Positions 11,130-22,757 of a stretch of DNA of 64,000 bases are shown here, piece by piece. The DNA is taken from NCBI GenBank assembly GCA_008632985.1, contig QPGO01000023.1:493681-557680 (forward strand), written 5' to 3'. The translations under genes and the position numbers were made by a program. This DNA comes from Psammoneis japonica. Its lineage: Eukaryota. Position 1 is the stretch's first letter. Each line of letters opens with the position of its first letter. The notes below the pieces were generated by a model. The model saw only the letters and a list, made by a program, of their open reading frames with translations, did no database searches and was not told where the DNA came from.

Positions 11130-12340
11130 AACCAGAATCACATGCAGGCGGGTGAGTGGCATGCACATGTGTTGTCCTCCAGAACACACAGTGCATCTGC
11201 TCTTCAGCAAGAATGTGCCAACCAGCCAGTCCCAAGCTGGTGCCGCAAGCTGAGTCCCAAGGGGGGAGGGTCATTGCTGGTGGGCCCCCCCCACAAGCCC
11301 ATGATGATGTGTGGTGGCAACAAGAGCCGCACTTTCCCAACACACCACACTGCTGTGTTGTGACACTGCTCTTGTTGGTGCCACAATCGTGTGTGCTGGA
11401 AGATGGGCAGCAGAGCTCTGCCATGCCAGAGGCAGCTCTGAGCGGGAGAGACAATGACAGCATGTTTCTGACACATTTGGCTCAATGTTGCTTTCACTCT
11501 TGCTCTCATCTTGGCCACCACAGTGTCTTGAAAATTGAGAAAAAAACCACTTGATCTCCTTCATCTCTTGTCACCTTGATGACTCCAGATGTCAGTCACT
11601 CTGCCTTGGCTGCTGCTGCTGTGTTGAAGCCAAGGGCTGTCAGCAGAAATGCGCCATTGTTTTGCCAATCCTGTGATGTTCATTGCCCACTTTTGTGGTG
11701 CAGCAAACCTTTTGTCAAGCACATTTGCAGCATTTCAAGCATGCAAGATCCTCTGCAAGACCGCAGCAGCAGGTTGTTGGCATCAGTGGCTTTGATGAAA
11801 CCTCTCCCAAATGCTTGCTGCAATGAAACAACTGCTTCTTTTGGCTGTGCCGCCATGTGGATGACCAAAGCAATGCAGGTGGAGATGCTCTGAGCTCTGC
11901 TGTTGAAACACTCTGTTGATCTGAGTCATCAGAGCTGCCTGGCAGATTCAGCGAGCGGACTTTCTGTCATTCTTGTTTTTAGGAAGTTGCGCGAAAAGAG
12001 CTCCTTCTGCATGATGCACAGAAATGAGGCACTGAGAAACATGAGGCTGGGTGCAGGAATGATGCAGCATCTGCTGGCAGCAGCCAGCAAGACAAAGAAG
12101 AAGCACTGTCATGTGGTGAATTTGCTTCTGAAGAGTTGTTTCAAGAGAACATGCTGGGGGTGTCAAAAAAGATCGCACAATTGCCAAAGACAGCAGCGGG
12201 CATGGAAAGCAAGTGTGTCCTCTCCTCTGCCATTTCAAAAACCACTTCAACAAGAACTTTGATGTTTTGTTGCCACATCTGCTCAATTGGCAGCTTCACC
12301 CAGCACAGGTTCAAGTGGCAAAAAAAATGAAGAAACCTCT
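11130..12340 (+). pseudogene. Third, heavily mutated copy of the 7TM gene
   Basis: Alignable by eye to 3841-4300 and 5165-5450 (e.g. tgttgtcctccagaacaca; gcatctgctggcag.agccagca; ggaaagcaagtgt; ggcagcttcacccagcacag). Confidence 0.85.
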
Positions 12341-13146
12341 GCCCCATGCACTCACACAAGTTTGCTGCAAGAAGTGCTGGCACAAGACAGAAGGTGTTGC
12401 ACAAGAGAACTGCCAGAGAAGTGGACAGATTGCTCATGGGAACAACAAAAGCTTTGGCTCCTTTTCTTCTGTTTCCAGGGGCTTTCTGCTTTGGGCTTTT
12501 CTTGCTCCTCTCAGAAGAGGCTGTCACGACCCCAGCGCAATCTGCGCGGCTTCTGCCAACCAGCAAGGAAGAAGCTCGCAGATGAAGCATGGAACTCTTT
12601 GCTTTTTGTTGACCATGCTTGAGGAGGAGGTGCACCTGCAGGAGACAGATCAAACTTGCTGTGAGTTTGAGCAGTTGCCCAAACAACGTGCAAGAGCAGG
12701 CGAGCAAGTGCTGGAGCAATGGCCGAGAATGAGGAGAGACAAGACCAAGAGCTGACCTGGCAACCAAGAGACATCTAGAAATGTGAGGGTTGCGTGCTTT
12801 TTGCAGGCCACTGTTTCAACAACAGTGGGTGTGATGGGCAAAACCAAGCCACAAGCCTTGATGGTTTGAGCGCCGCGCAGCAATGGCACACAACATGGCA
12901 ATGAGAGCGAGACGCGGAACCAGAAGGGCGGTTGTGTTCACGTTGAAGCTGTGCCGACGCGACGCGCACCTGCAACATTGAACATATGGATAGTCTACTT
13001 ACTGTACAGGAGGGCCCTGCCTGCCTACCGAGCAGCGAACGAGCGATTAGTACACAACACACAACACAATTACAACGACGAACACCAACATCATCGCTTT
13101 TCGCCCGTTCTTCTCTGTTTGGCCCTCTTCCGAATATGCATTGTCC

Positions 13147-14675
13147 ATGATGAAAGCGCACATCATACCGAACCTTTCCCTTTCGTTATTAATGACTTTG
13201 ATCCACGTTGGCACTACGACAGCATATCAAGCGACTAGTGCTAACAACAAGTGCACGTGCGACGACAGCAAGTGCCGCAGCCCCGGCTTTTCTTCAACGA
13301 CTCGAACCGACTGTTGGGCTTCAATCCGGGGTTCCATAATATGGAAACCACCCTTGTGTATAGACGACTATGAAGTGAAAGACCTTTCAAGCGTGGCCTC
13401 CTTCTACGATGCCCCGTCAAACATCACGTACGGATGGTATACATGTTGTCCTCCAGCACACAGCGAACCTCTTCCCCAGGAAGAATGTACAGACCAAGAA
13501 TATACCAGTCCCAATGGCCGAGGGGGCACGGATTGCTGGGCAGATGCCCCCCATGAACCCATGACGTGTGGAGGTGGCGAGTACCGCTTTCCCCGACACA
13601 CCACCGCTATGTTCCGGCACTACTCTCGTTGGTATTATAATTATGTGTGCTGCAAGACAGACAGTGGAACTCCGCCACTCCGGAGGCAGCTCCACACAGG
13701 AGAGGCAATGAGGGTGTTTCTCGGATGCCTGGCCTTATGTTTCACTCTTGTTCTCATCTTTGCTATCCTATGCTCTCGCAAAGCGCGGAGAAACCCGTTC
13801 AATCTCTACCTTGTAACCTTGACAATTCCAGATGCCAGCCAGTCTGCATCAGCCGTTGCATTAGGATCAGGGGCCATCAGCGGAAACTTAATATCACCAA
13901 GTGCTATGATATTCATTAAACACTTCTACAGCACAGCAAATGTTTGGCTGAATGCTGTCGTGGCTTTTCAAGTATACAGGATTCTCCGTGAGACAAAGAA
14001 TGCGCGACGAGTTGCCCCACCGTCCATCAGGCGGGTGTTGACGGAAACAGCAATTGTCTATTCCTTTGCAGTCGCTGTAGGTGTTGGTTCCGTTTTCATC
14101 TATCGTCTGCAGTTTCGCGAAGACTTTCAAAAGATTCTCGTGGCTCTGTGGTTTGTGATTGCTCTTATCCCCTTTCTTTACGTGGGGTACATCTGCGTAC
14201 GTATTTGGATTGGCAACTTACTCTCAATTTCTCGACGGACAAGAGTAATGGCACTCTATTTTTTGAGAATCATCCTTGTATATTACCTCTTCTTCCTTCC
14301 TAGTGCAATTGTGCAAGTCGTCGAAGCAGGAAATGTTGATTGGGACGGGCTACCTCTGCATTACATACATTGGTACGTGGCTTGTGAAACATGATCATGC
14401 ATAATGCACCAAATATTGATATTGTCAGACATTTCATCCCCCACATTTATTTCAGGTGCATATCTTGTTTACAGCCAATGGCGTCAGTGTCAATGGCTCT
14501 AACGAAACCCGAGGTGCTCGTTGCGACGAAGAAATTGCTACTGTGCCGCTGTATGGACGGCCAAAGCAATGCGGATGAGGATGCTCCGAGCTCTGCTATT
14601 TCAATGTTCTATCGATCCGACTCGTCAGAGCCGCTGACGGGATCAGTGAGGAGGCTTTCCACTATACTTGTTTAG
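13147..14675 (+). CDS. Multi-pass (7TM, GPCR-like) membrane protein, copy 2; intron 14373-14455; C-terminal tail cut short by TAG at 14673-14675
   Basis: Close paralogue of 3581-5296 with an uninterrupted exon 1 and the same intron position; TAG where copy 1 has TGG. Confidence 0.8.
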
Positions 14676-15155
14676 GGGGAGTTATATCGAAAGAACTCCT
14701 CCTCACGTGTTGTAGACCAAGGCATTGATGAACGGGAGGCCGTAGACAGAAAAGACGCATCTGCTGGCAGTAGCCAGCAAGAAGAAGAAGAAGAAGCCCC
14801 ATGCTTTGAACTTGCTTCCGAAGAGTCGTTTCAGGAGAACTCAATGGATATCCAGGATCACGCAATTGCTGATAGTAGCAGGCACGGAAAGCAAGTGTCT
14901 CCTCCTCCCTCACGCCAAGAACCACCCGCATAAGATCTTGACTCCCGGTATATTCTGTTGGCACATCTACTTCATTGACAAAAATTGTTTCGTCTGGCAT
15001 AGGTAGTTCATTGAAATGACGAAAAAATGTGGAGGAACCGCTTAAAACGCACAATGTTTCTCTAATACCGCTGCAAAGCGCTGAGTGGCACACAAGATCA
15101 GTGTTAAAATAGAACAGATTACTTAGCAATAAGAAATGCAATACATATTATTTAA

Positions 15156-16145
15156 TTACCAAAGAGAGCTTAGACTCGACATGTTGTAGTTCTTTTCCTT
15201 CTTCTTCTTCGACACTGTCTGCTTCGGACTTTCTTTCTCTTTTGAGAAGTCTGCAATTTGTGCCAAGAAAGACGACTTTTCCTCCTCCAACGTTTCCACT
15301 TGATGCTTGAGTTGCTGAATTGTTAGCATTTGTGCGTGCTTGGTCGACAACGTCTTGCCTGCCTTCAGATTTTCAATCGCCTCGTCCACCTTTTCTTTCT
15401 CCACGTCGGGAGAAATGATTTTAGAAAGTTCCACCACAATATTCATGTTGGCCTCTCGCTCCTGTTCAAGCTTGTCCACTTTGTCTTGCGACTTTTCCCA
15501 GTCTCGGCGAAGCTTATCCGTGGTGCATTCCAGTTCTACGACTCTCATGGCTTTGGTGTACAGCTCGGATTCAATGTCCGACGCACTGTTCAACTGCAGC
15601 AACTTTAGTAATTCAGAAACCTTGGCCAAGTGAATGTTTCGTTCTTGCTCCAAGTCTTGCAATCGATTTTGATTCTTTTCCAACTCACTTCTCAATTCAA
15701 TTACTTCTTCTTGATCGACAGTGTATTCCCCGTCCTGTTCCATTTGAGCTTGCCTAGCCTTGACCATGCCACGAAAACCCGTTTCCGGAGGAGGTGCAGC
15801 TGGAAGAGACGCACTCTTGGCTTCTTCCAATTCCATTTTCAACTTTTCCACCATGGCATCCGAATCTCGTAATTGTTGTGTCCGAATCTCACATACCTCC
15901 TTCATGACGGCCAGCTCAAATTCGACCTGCTTGACTCGACTCTTGCTTCGTTGAAGCTGAACTTCGTTAGTTCTGTTTTTAATATCCTCTTCTACCGAAT
16001 ACGTCGAGGTGGACGCGGATGCCGATTGTCGGTCCAGTATGGTTTCAACTGTGTCAACGCGATCACCCGACTTTAGTTTCTCGAGACGTTCTCTCGCTTC
16101 TCGATTGATGCTGGTTGTGTGGTAGGATTTGTTCCGGTACGCCAT
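15156..16145 (-). CDS. Coiled-coil protein of unknown function
   Basis: Long ORF rich in E/K/L/Q heptads; the first plausible ATG gives MAYRNKSY. Confidence 0.75.
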   Translation of the reverse strand: MAYRNKSYHTTSINREARERLEKLKSGDRVDTVETILDRQSASASTSTYSVEEDIKNRTNEVQLQRSKSRVKQVEFELAVMKEVCEIRTQQLRDSDAMVEKLKMELEEAKSASLPAAPPPETGFRGMVKARQAQMEQDGEYTVDQEEVIELRSELEKNQNRLQDLEQERNIHLAKVSELLKLLQLNSASDIESELYTKAMRVVELECTTDKLRRDWEKSQDKVDKLEQEREANMNIVVELSKIISPDVEKEKVDEAIENLKAGKTLSTKHAQMLTIQQLKHQVETLEEEKSSFLAQIADFSKEKESPKQTVSKKKKEKNYNMSSLSSLW

Positions 16146-16610
16146 TTTGAATTTTGATTTGTTCTTTTTTCGATTGTAATTAAGGCTTAGCAAATCACCA
16201 ACACCACAGAAACGCAAACGGGAACGGGACGATACAATATAAGGTTGGTGGTGCTTGTATTGTACCTTGTAGTCTACAGGTACCGTCGCAGCAGCGTGAA
16301 AAACAGGAAAAGTGGCAGAGTCGTCGCGCAACTCGCAACTTCAATAAATTGTCAACAGTGTCATCATCATCGGTCGTCGGAACTCGGCCGGCATAGGCAT
16401 GAATTTGAGAATGAGCTTTGTTTTCAACGGACGAATTTCAAAAATATTAGAAACCTTCGTGCATGAATAAAAAATGGCTAGCATGCATTTATATAAAATA
16501 TCATTGTTGAATATAAAAAACAATGAAAATGCGACCAGTGAGTCTTGCGAATGCCGCGGTCATTCGTGCGTTTTTGAGTTTGGACCATCATGCTCACACC
16601 ATGAAGCGAG

Positions 16611-17621
16611 ATGCTCGCTAGGCGATGCATCGCAGCAGCAGCGGTAGCAGTCCATCGAAGACAACGTGCCTTCTCTTATTCTTATCGTACCATGTTCAAT
16701 TGCATTGTCGATACAGACGCTGGGCCTGATGATATCATGGCCTTGGCGTACCTCCTTTCTCGTAAGGATGTTAAGATTGAAGCGATTACAATTGCATACG
16801 GACTGGCACATGCACACAAAGGAGCCGCAAACGTTGCAAAAGTTGCAGCACTCTCGGGAAAGCATGACATTTCCGTTTATGTGGGTCTCCAAAAGCCTTT
16901 AAAGGGCGATATTTCCTTTCCTGAATCATGGCGTACACACGCAGGTGAGCTGCCCGGAGTTGATTTGCCGACAGAGTACGCAACACCCAAAACTAGAGCC
17001 GCAACAGATTTCTTACAAGAACGACTACAAGACGCATCGCGACCCGTGAGCATTCTGGCCTTGGGGGCGCTCACCAATCTAGCAAGTCTTGATAAGCATT
17101 CTGTTCCGGCTCTTGTCGAAATTGTCATGATGGGAGGAGCTTTTTTGACGCCTGGAAACGTTCACGTGACACCGCCCATTAGCACGACTGCCGAATGGAA
17201 CATAGTTGTCGACTCACTCGCTGCCAAACGAGTCTTTGAATTGGGTGTACGAATGCTGGTTGTTCCACTGGATGCCACCAATAAGGTACTCATTGATACT
17301 GAATTCATCAAGGCCTTTCAGCGAGCCACTGCACGGAACAAATCACCACTTGCTTACATGTTGCACCAGCTCTTTGAGAGTATCCGCCACTTTGTCCAAG
17401 ATGGAAACTACTATGCCTGGGATCCGCTCGCGGCTGTTGCCATGCTTGAGCGACACGTCGTCGAAACATCCAATCACGCCGTCTCGGTAGGACAGATTGA
17501 AGACGACTCTCATGTCGGTACCACACGACGTTCAGACACGGGTCCATTGGTCAGTGTTGCATATGACGCGGACCAAGTTGAATTCCAGAGACTCTTTCTC
17601 GAGCCGTTTGAAAAGTGCTGA
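16611..17621 (+). CDS. Inosine/uridine-preferring nucleoside hydrolase
   Basis: DTDAGPDD Asp cluster, LGALTNLA, MGGA...GN...AEWN..VD, VPLDAT and WDPLAA motifs. Confidence 0.95.
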   Translation: MLARRCIAAAAVAVHRRQRAFSYSYRTMFNCIVDTDAGPDDIMALAYLLSRKDVKIEAITIAYGLAHAHKGAANVAKVAALSGKHDISVYVGLQKPLKGDISFPESWRTHAGELPGVDLPTEYATPKTRAATDFLQERLQDASRPVSILALGALTNLASLDKHSVPALVEIVMMGGAFLTPGNVHVTPPISTTAEWNIVVDSLAAKRVFELGVRMLVVPLDATNKVLIDTEFIKAFQRATARNKSPLAYMLHQLFESIRHFVQDGNYYAWDPLAAVAMLERHVVETSNHAVSVGQIEDDSHVGTTRRSDTGPLVSVAYDADQVEFQRLFLEPFEKC

Positions 17622-17939
17622 CATGTCCAGGAGACAATTTTCAACGGTATTGCGCACGGTCTGTGCTAGCAAGAGGCGTGACTTGAGCCAGAGGACTGGT
17701 ACGCACCTGAGAAGATTGCTAACGCCAAATATGTAGAGCATCCTGTTGTCTATACAATTACGGAACAGGAGGTTGACATTGCCACCGGTAGGCATCTCGC
17801 AATATCATTGAGGGATGAGAGTGCAGCTCGGAAGACGTGACGTCGAACCAATATCGTTGGCTTCTTGTTGAACGCAAGGCCGCGTACTTGGAACTCATGC
17901 TTGGAGAAAGAAACGGCACTTTCAGTTGCGTTCCACTCT

Positions 17940-20549
17940 CTATTCAACGTCCGCTTCTTCTAATAACTCTGCAACCTCTAGCCATCTCATTTCTTTTTCT
18001 TCGACGTCCTGGTTCAATTTCTCCAGCTTTTCCGTGAGCTCCGCGAGTACAGTCCATCCCTCGTCGCTGCTGTTATCGATTTCTTCCTGAACAGCTGCTG
18101 CCTTGGATTTAAGTTTCTCCATGGAAGACTCAAGGGAGTTTATCTCCTTTTTCCACTTTCGAACCGCATTCCGTTGCTCGTTCCGCTTCAACCGATCTTC
18201 CTTGTAACTAGCTTTTTTATCTTCAGAAGATTCTTTTGTTTTCGTGCTGCTTGGATCAGATGGACCATTCTTTTCCTGCTCAACAAGGCACTCCGCATAT
18301 TCAGAGAGTGTTCCCATGTAGTCCTTCACAACACCGTTGCCTTCAAACACAAAGAGATGCTTGGTTACTTTGTCGGTGAAGAATCGATCATGACTGACAA
18401 TCACTAGCACTCCATTGAACTCTTCAAGGTATGATTCAAGCGCCGTCAACGTATTAAGATCGACGTCGTTGCTGGGCTCGTCGAGAATCAAGAAGTTTGG
18501 GCGCTACAGACAAGATTTAGACAAGTTCGTGAGTCAATGCAAATCACTGCACAGCCTTGCTGTAGTGTTGGAATGCACGTACCGCGCTGAGAACGGAGAG
18601 AAGCTGCAGCCTTCTCTTTTCACCTCCAGATAACATTGATATCCTTGACGACAGAAGCATTGTTAGTGAATTAATAAAGTCATAGAATGGACATATGTCG
18701 CAAGACGAACGTGGAACACAACTCTCACCGTTCTTGCCATCGCTGACGTGGAAACTCGAAATCATTTAGCAGCTTTCGTGCCTCAGCGGGTGCTTCTGCC
18801 AAGCTTGACCCATCTCGAGCTTCAACTCTCTCCGTGACAAAATCCATAACCTTTTGTCTTTCATCAACATTCAAGCCCATCTGATCATACACGCCTAATA
18901 CAATCGTTTCTCCGACATCAATCTGACTTTCATCTATCGGCTGCGTGCCACTGAGAACACGGATGAACGTGGACTGGCAAGACAGAGTGCTGGTTAGATT
19001 ACAGACGCAACTTGTATAATATAAAGTATCCCTGTTTATTCACTTCATTTCTTGCTCCGATATTCCTTACCTTTCCCACCCCATTGCTGCCCACAATTCC
19101 AATCTTGTCGCCCCGACAAAATTCATAGCTGAAATCGTCAAGGATCACGTTATCTCCAAATTTCAAAGACACGTTCTTCATCTACAACACACAACAAACA
19201 ACAGGAGAGATGAGTTAGGTCAAGAATGAAGAGGTTTGGAAGAAACGCAAGGACGTACTGTAAGAATGTTGCCACCGACTCGTCGCTGTCCGTCGGTGGC
19301 AATACTCAAAGACGGATCTGACGACCTAGGTTTCGTGGCTTTCTCAAGCTTGTAGAATGCATCAATACGAGCTTTTGACTTGGATTCTCTTGCCTAACAC
19401 AAAATTAATAAAGAGACGCTGAGATTCGATCGACAACACGAAGCAGCAAGAACACGTCCTCCAACTTACCTGGGGTTGTCTACGCATCCAGTCTAATTCT
19501 CTTCTGTACTTTGTCTTGGCAGCCTGAACAGCGGCATCTTCCAAGGCCAATCTTGCTTCCTTACCTTCCAGATACGATGCGTAATTCCCTTCGTAGCTAT
19601 AGAGAGAGCCGCCATCGAGCTCCAGTATACCTGTGCAGACATCATCTAAGAAGGCTCTGTCGTGCGAGACCACCAAAACAGTTAGTTTCCGCTGCTCCAT
19701 TAGTAGATCAGAAAGCCACCGAATCGCTGCCAAGTCTAAATGATTTGTTGGTTCATCCAAAAGAAGAACATCTGGTTCCTGGACGAGGGCCGCTGCCAAG
19801 GCGACTCGTTTTCGCTCTCCACCCGAGAGACGCGACAATGGCATGTCTTGCAAATGCCTGACGCGCAGTCTAGTAGCAACTTCCTCTGCCTTGGTCAATA
19901 CAGACCATCCACCAGAAGCCTCCATTGCCGCCGACGCCGAGGAAAAGTCTTCCGGATCCGAATCAGCATTGGCAACTGCCAAGCGATAACGACGCACGAC
20001 ATTGTACACAGATCCACTCGCGATGTTGTCACTACTGGGCAAAGACGAGGAAACAATTCCAAAGAGAGCATCTGTTACAGTCACGTCAGATGGAGTAGGG
20101 GGTTCTTGTTCGACAAATGCAACACGAACATCTCTTGGAGACGAGACTGTTCCTTGATAAACGACACCGTCGTCCGCTGTTGCAGCGGTACCGTCTCGAC
20201 AACATCCTTCTGCAAGGATTCTGAGCAATGTGCTCTTGCCACAGCCATTTCTCCCAACCAAACCCATTCTGGACCCGCGTGGTAAAACGTATGAAACGTC
20301 CTTGAGCTGAAAGGTCTCCCCATTGTGAGAACAACTCAGATTCTCGATCGAAATAGCCGGAGCTTGCGGCTGACTAGAAACGACCGTGTCACTTGCAACC
20401 GCCATTTCAAGAGATCTTACAGCATGCGTTCTTGATCTTGCAGTAAAAGTACGCCCTATTTGACCCGCACCTACTGAAAACGCATTTGATTGGTATAGCG
20501 AAAGTGTCAATCCAATAAAGAAAAGAAATGCCGAGAATGAGACAAACAT
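17940..20549 (-). CDS. ABC-F family ATPase (Uup-like), multi-exon, probably plastid-targeted
   Basis: Two NBDs ([51 protein letters not shown]) plus a C-terminal coiled coil; the N-terminus is a signal peptide followed by SNA-FSV (ASAFAP-like). Confidence 0.92.
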
Positions 20550-21023
20550 GTTTCCACGAGTTGCAACTCTCCTTGAAGTGATTGCTGAGTACTTGTCTCT
20601 ATCTGCGACTCTGGATACACGGCTTTTTCCTATAGAAAGAGGATACATTCTGTAGTATTCAAGATAGGTTTTGGCATTTGCTCCGCCTTGCCTTTGCATC
20701 GCTTCCATCGAAGCAACCGTCATGGTTCATGGTCATGAAAAATGCGAGCGAGATTCAAGATGAGAGTGGCCGATGGCTGATGGCTGACGTACGCTACTAT
20801 GAGGTGCTGTAGAATTCTACGAGATCTTGAACACGTAATGACAGGCGGCAGACAGCTCAGACACTCTCCAACTCATGCATAGGCGGTCATGCTCTCTACC
20901 AAGCCACAAAAGAATTCGAGAATAGATAGGCTAGACTTTCAAACAAGTAGGAGTAGCAGGAACAGAAATCTCTACCAGCAGTGGCTTTCTACAAAAGTGT
21001 ATTTCAATTCGATGCTTCTCCTT

Positions 21024-22475
21024 TTACAGGTGCATCATTGGGAGTAGCTGAGAAGTAGCACACAAGTCGTCCAACAACTCGGAGTGTCCCATCTCATTGA
21101 AATTGTGCAGGACTCCCAACTTATCTTTGTTGAGAGCAAATACAATTGCAGTATCCAGCGGACAGTAGTCCAGGAAAGCTTTTGGTGGACAACTGCATAC
21201 AGTTTCCGCTCCACCAAAAGACAAGTTCATATTCGAAATGACACAGTTTGTTATGCGCCCAACTTGTCCTCTAACAAATTCTCCCAAGGGTATCTCATTT
21301 GGTTCGAAATACCGTCCTTTCTTCAAGAGTTCTCGAATCGTTTGTGGATTCCGACCTGCGCAACGCTGAAATGGGATTTCACAGTGCAAGTTGCCACCAG
21401 TGTTGCGCTCAAGACCAGGAGAAACGCCTCACATACTTCGGGTAAGTGCAAAAATGTCGGACGACCGATTGGCATCACAGAGGGCAGAGGTAATCACATC
21501 GTTTGCGCTGACAGGCCCACTGCCATGAGCCACGAATTCCTCTGCTTTGGCTTTTATTTTTGACTTGCTCAAAACTAGACACCGTTTCTTCCTCAGAAAC
21601 ATGAATGGGAGGTGCTTGAGAATGCCAAGAAAGAACGGTATCCCGTAGGAACGCTCAATGTCGCGTTTCGTGAAAACGTCAGGAAAGAGATTGTGGGAAG
21701 CAATGAGAGGATTTTTCCAATCGATCGGGCGTATTTTCTTCCCTTGTTCTATTTGAGATATTTGTTTTGCAACGTGAAAGTACGTGACCAAGTCACCGAC
21801 GCAGTGGCTCATTTCGATATGAACACAAGCGTACTTGTCGGGAAGGGTGACAACTGTTACATCAAAAAGTGGTGACTGGTCATGGGCTTGTTGGAGAATT
21901 GTCTTCTTCCTCATGAGAAGGGCGATGTGTTTGTAAATGTACTCCAGCTGACCGCCCTCGTCAAGATTACGAGGTGTAGGAATGGATCTGAGATCAATTT
22001 CTTTTACAAACTGATGGGTTCGTGGCGTAAACACCCCAGGAATAATTCGTAGCTCAGAAGCCCCCCAACCTTTCATTTTCGCTACAACCTTTCCTGACAG
22101 AAGTGGGTTTTGTTCGATCACCGCATTGACGGCGGCAGTTAGTGACTCCAAAGACGATCCCGACCATCCCTTCACCAATGTGAAGGAAGAAATTGATGGA
22201 GAATGGCTGAGTACTTGAGTGGATAAGGATTTAGAAACAAGAATCGAATCGTCGTCCTCTTCTTGGCATACGACCGATGGGAGTACTTTCGCTGTTGCAG
22301 TCGCGATTGCAGCTTGCTGTGCGAAACGGCAGACGGAACAAGAGTCGGCCTTATTCCGAAAATAACCTCCTGAGTTGCAAAAGGCAAGCATACCTGGAAG
22401 ATCAAGAAGAAGCAGGTGTCGCCATCGAAGCCGGCCTCTTTTTCGTTTGTGTTGGAGTTGTTGCTTTGGTGACAT
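21024..22475 (-). pseudogene. CoA-dependent acyltransferase-like (HxxxD) gene with one in-frame TGA at 21429-21431
   Basis: MSHCVGD motif; ORFs 21429-22532 and 21024-21389 are in the same frame: ALTRSM*GVSPGLERNTGGNLHCEIPF. Confidence 0.65.
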
Positions 22476-22757
22476 TGGAAGGTATTTTTTGATTATGCGG
22501 ACTTCCGAGTTGATTGGGGATCGGCATGACACGCATCATCATGATGCATGCATGACACGAGTTCTCGTTCGTGCGGAAGTGGGACTCATCAAACACGACT
22601 GAGCTATTCAGACAGTGCGCCCGTCAGATGCTTGTCAGTTCTCACTGCATGGCAACTCACTCTTTAGTGTAGATAGTACAATATTTCTCTGCGAAGGGAA
22701 ACATGTTACAGAAGACCTTAAGTAGGTTCTTACCGGTACGGCCTCGTCATTACAGGT

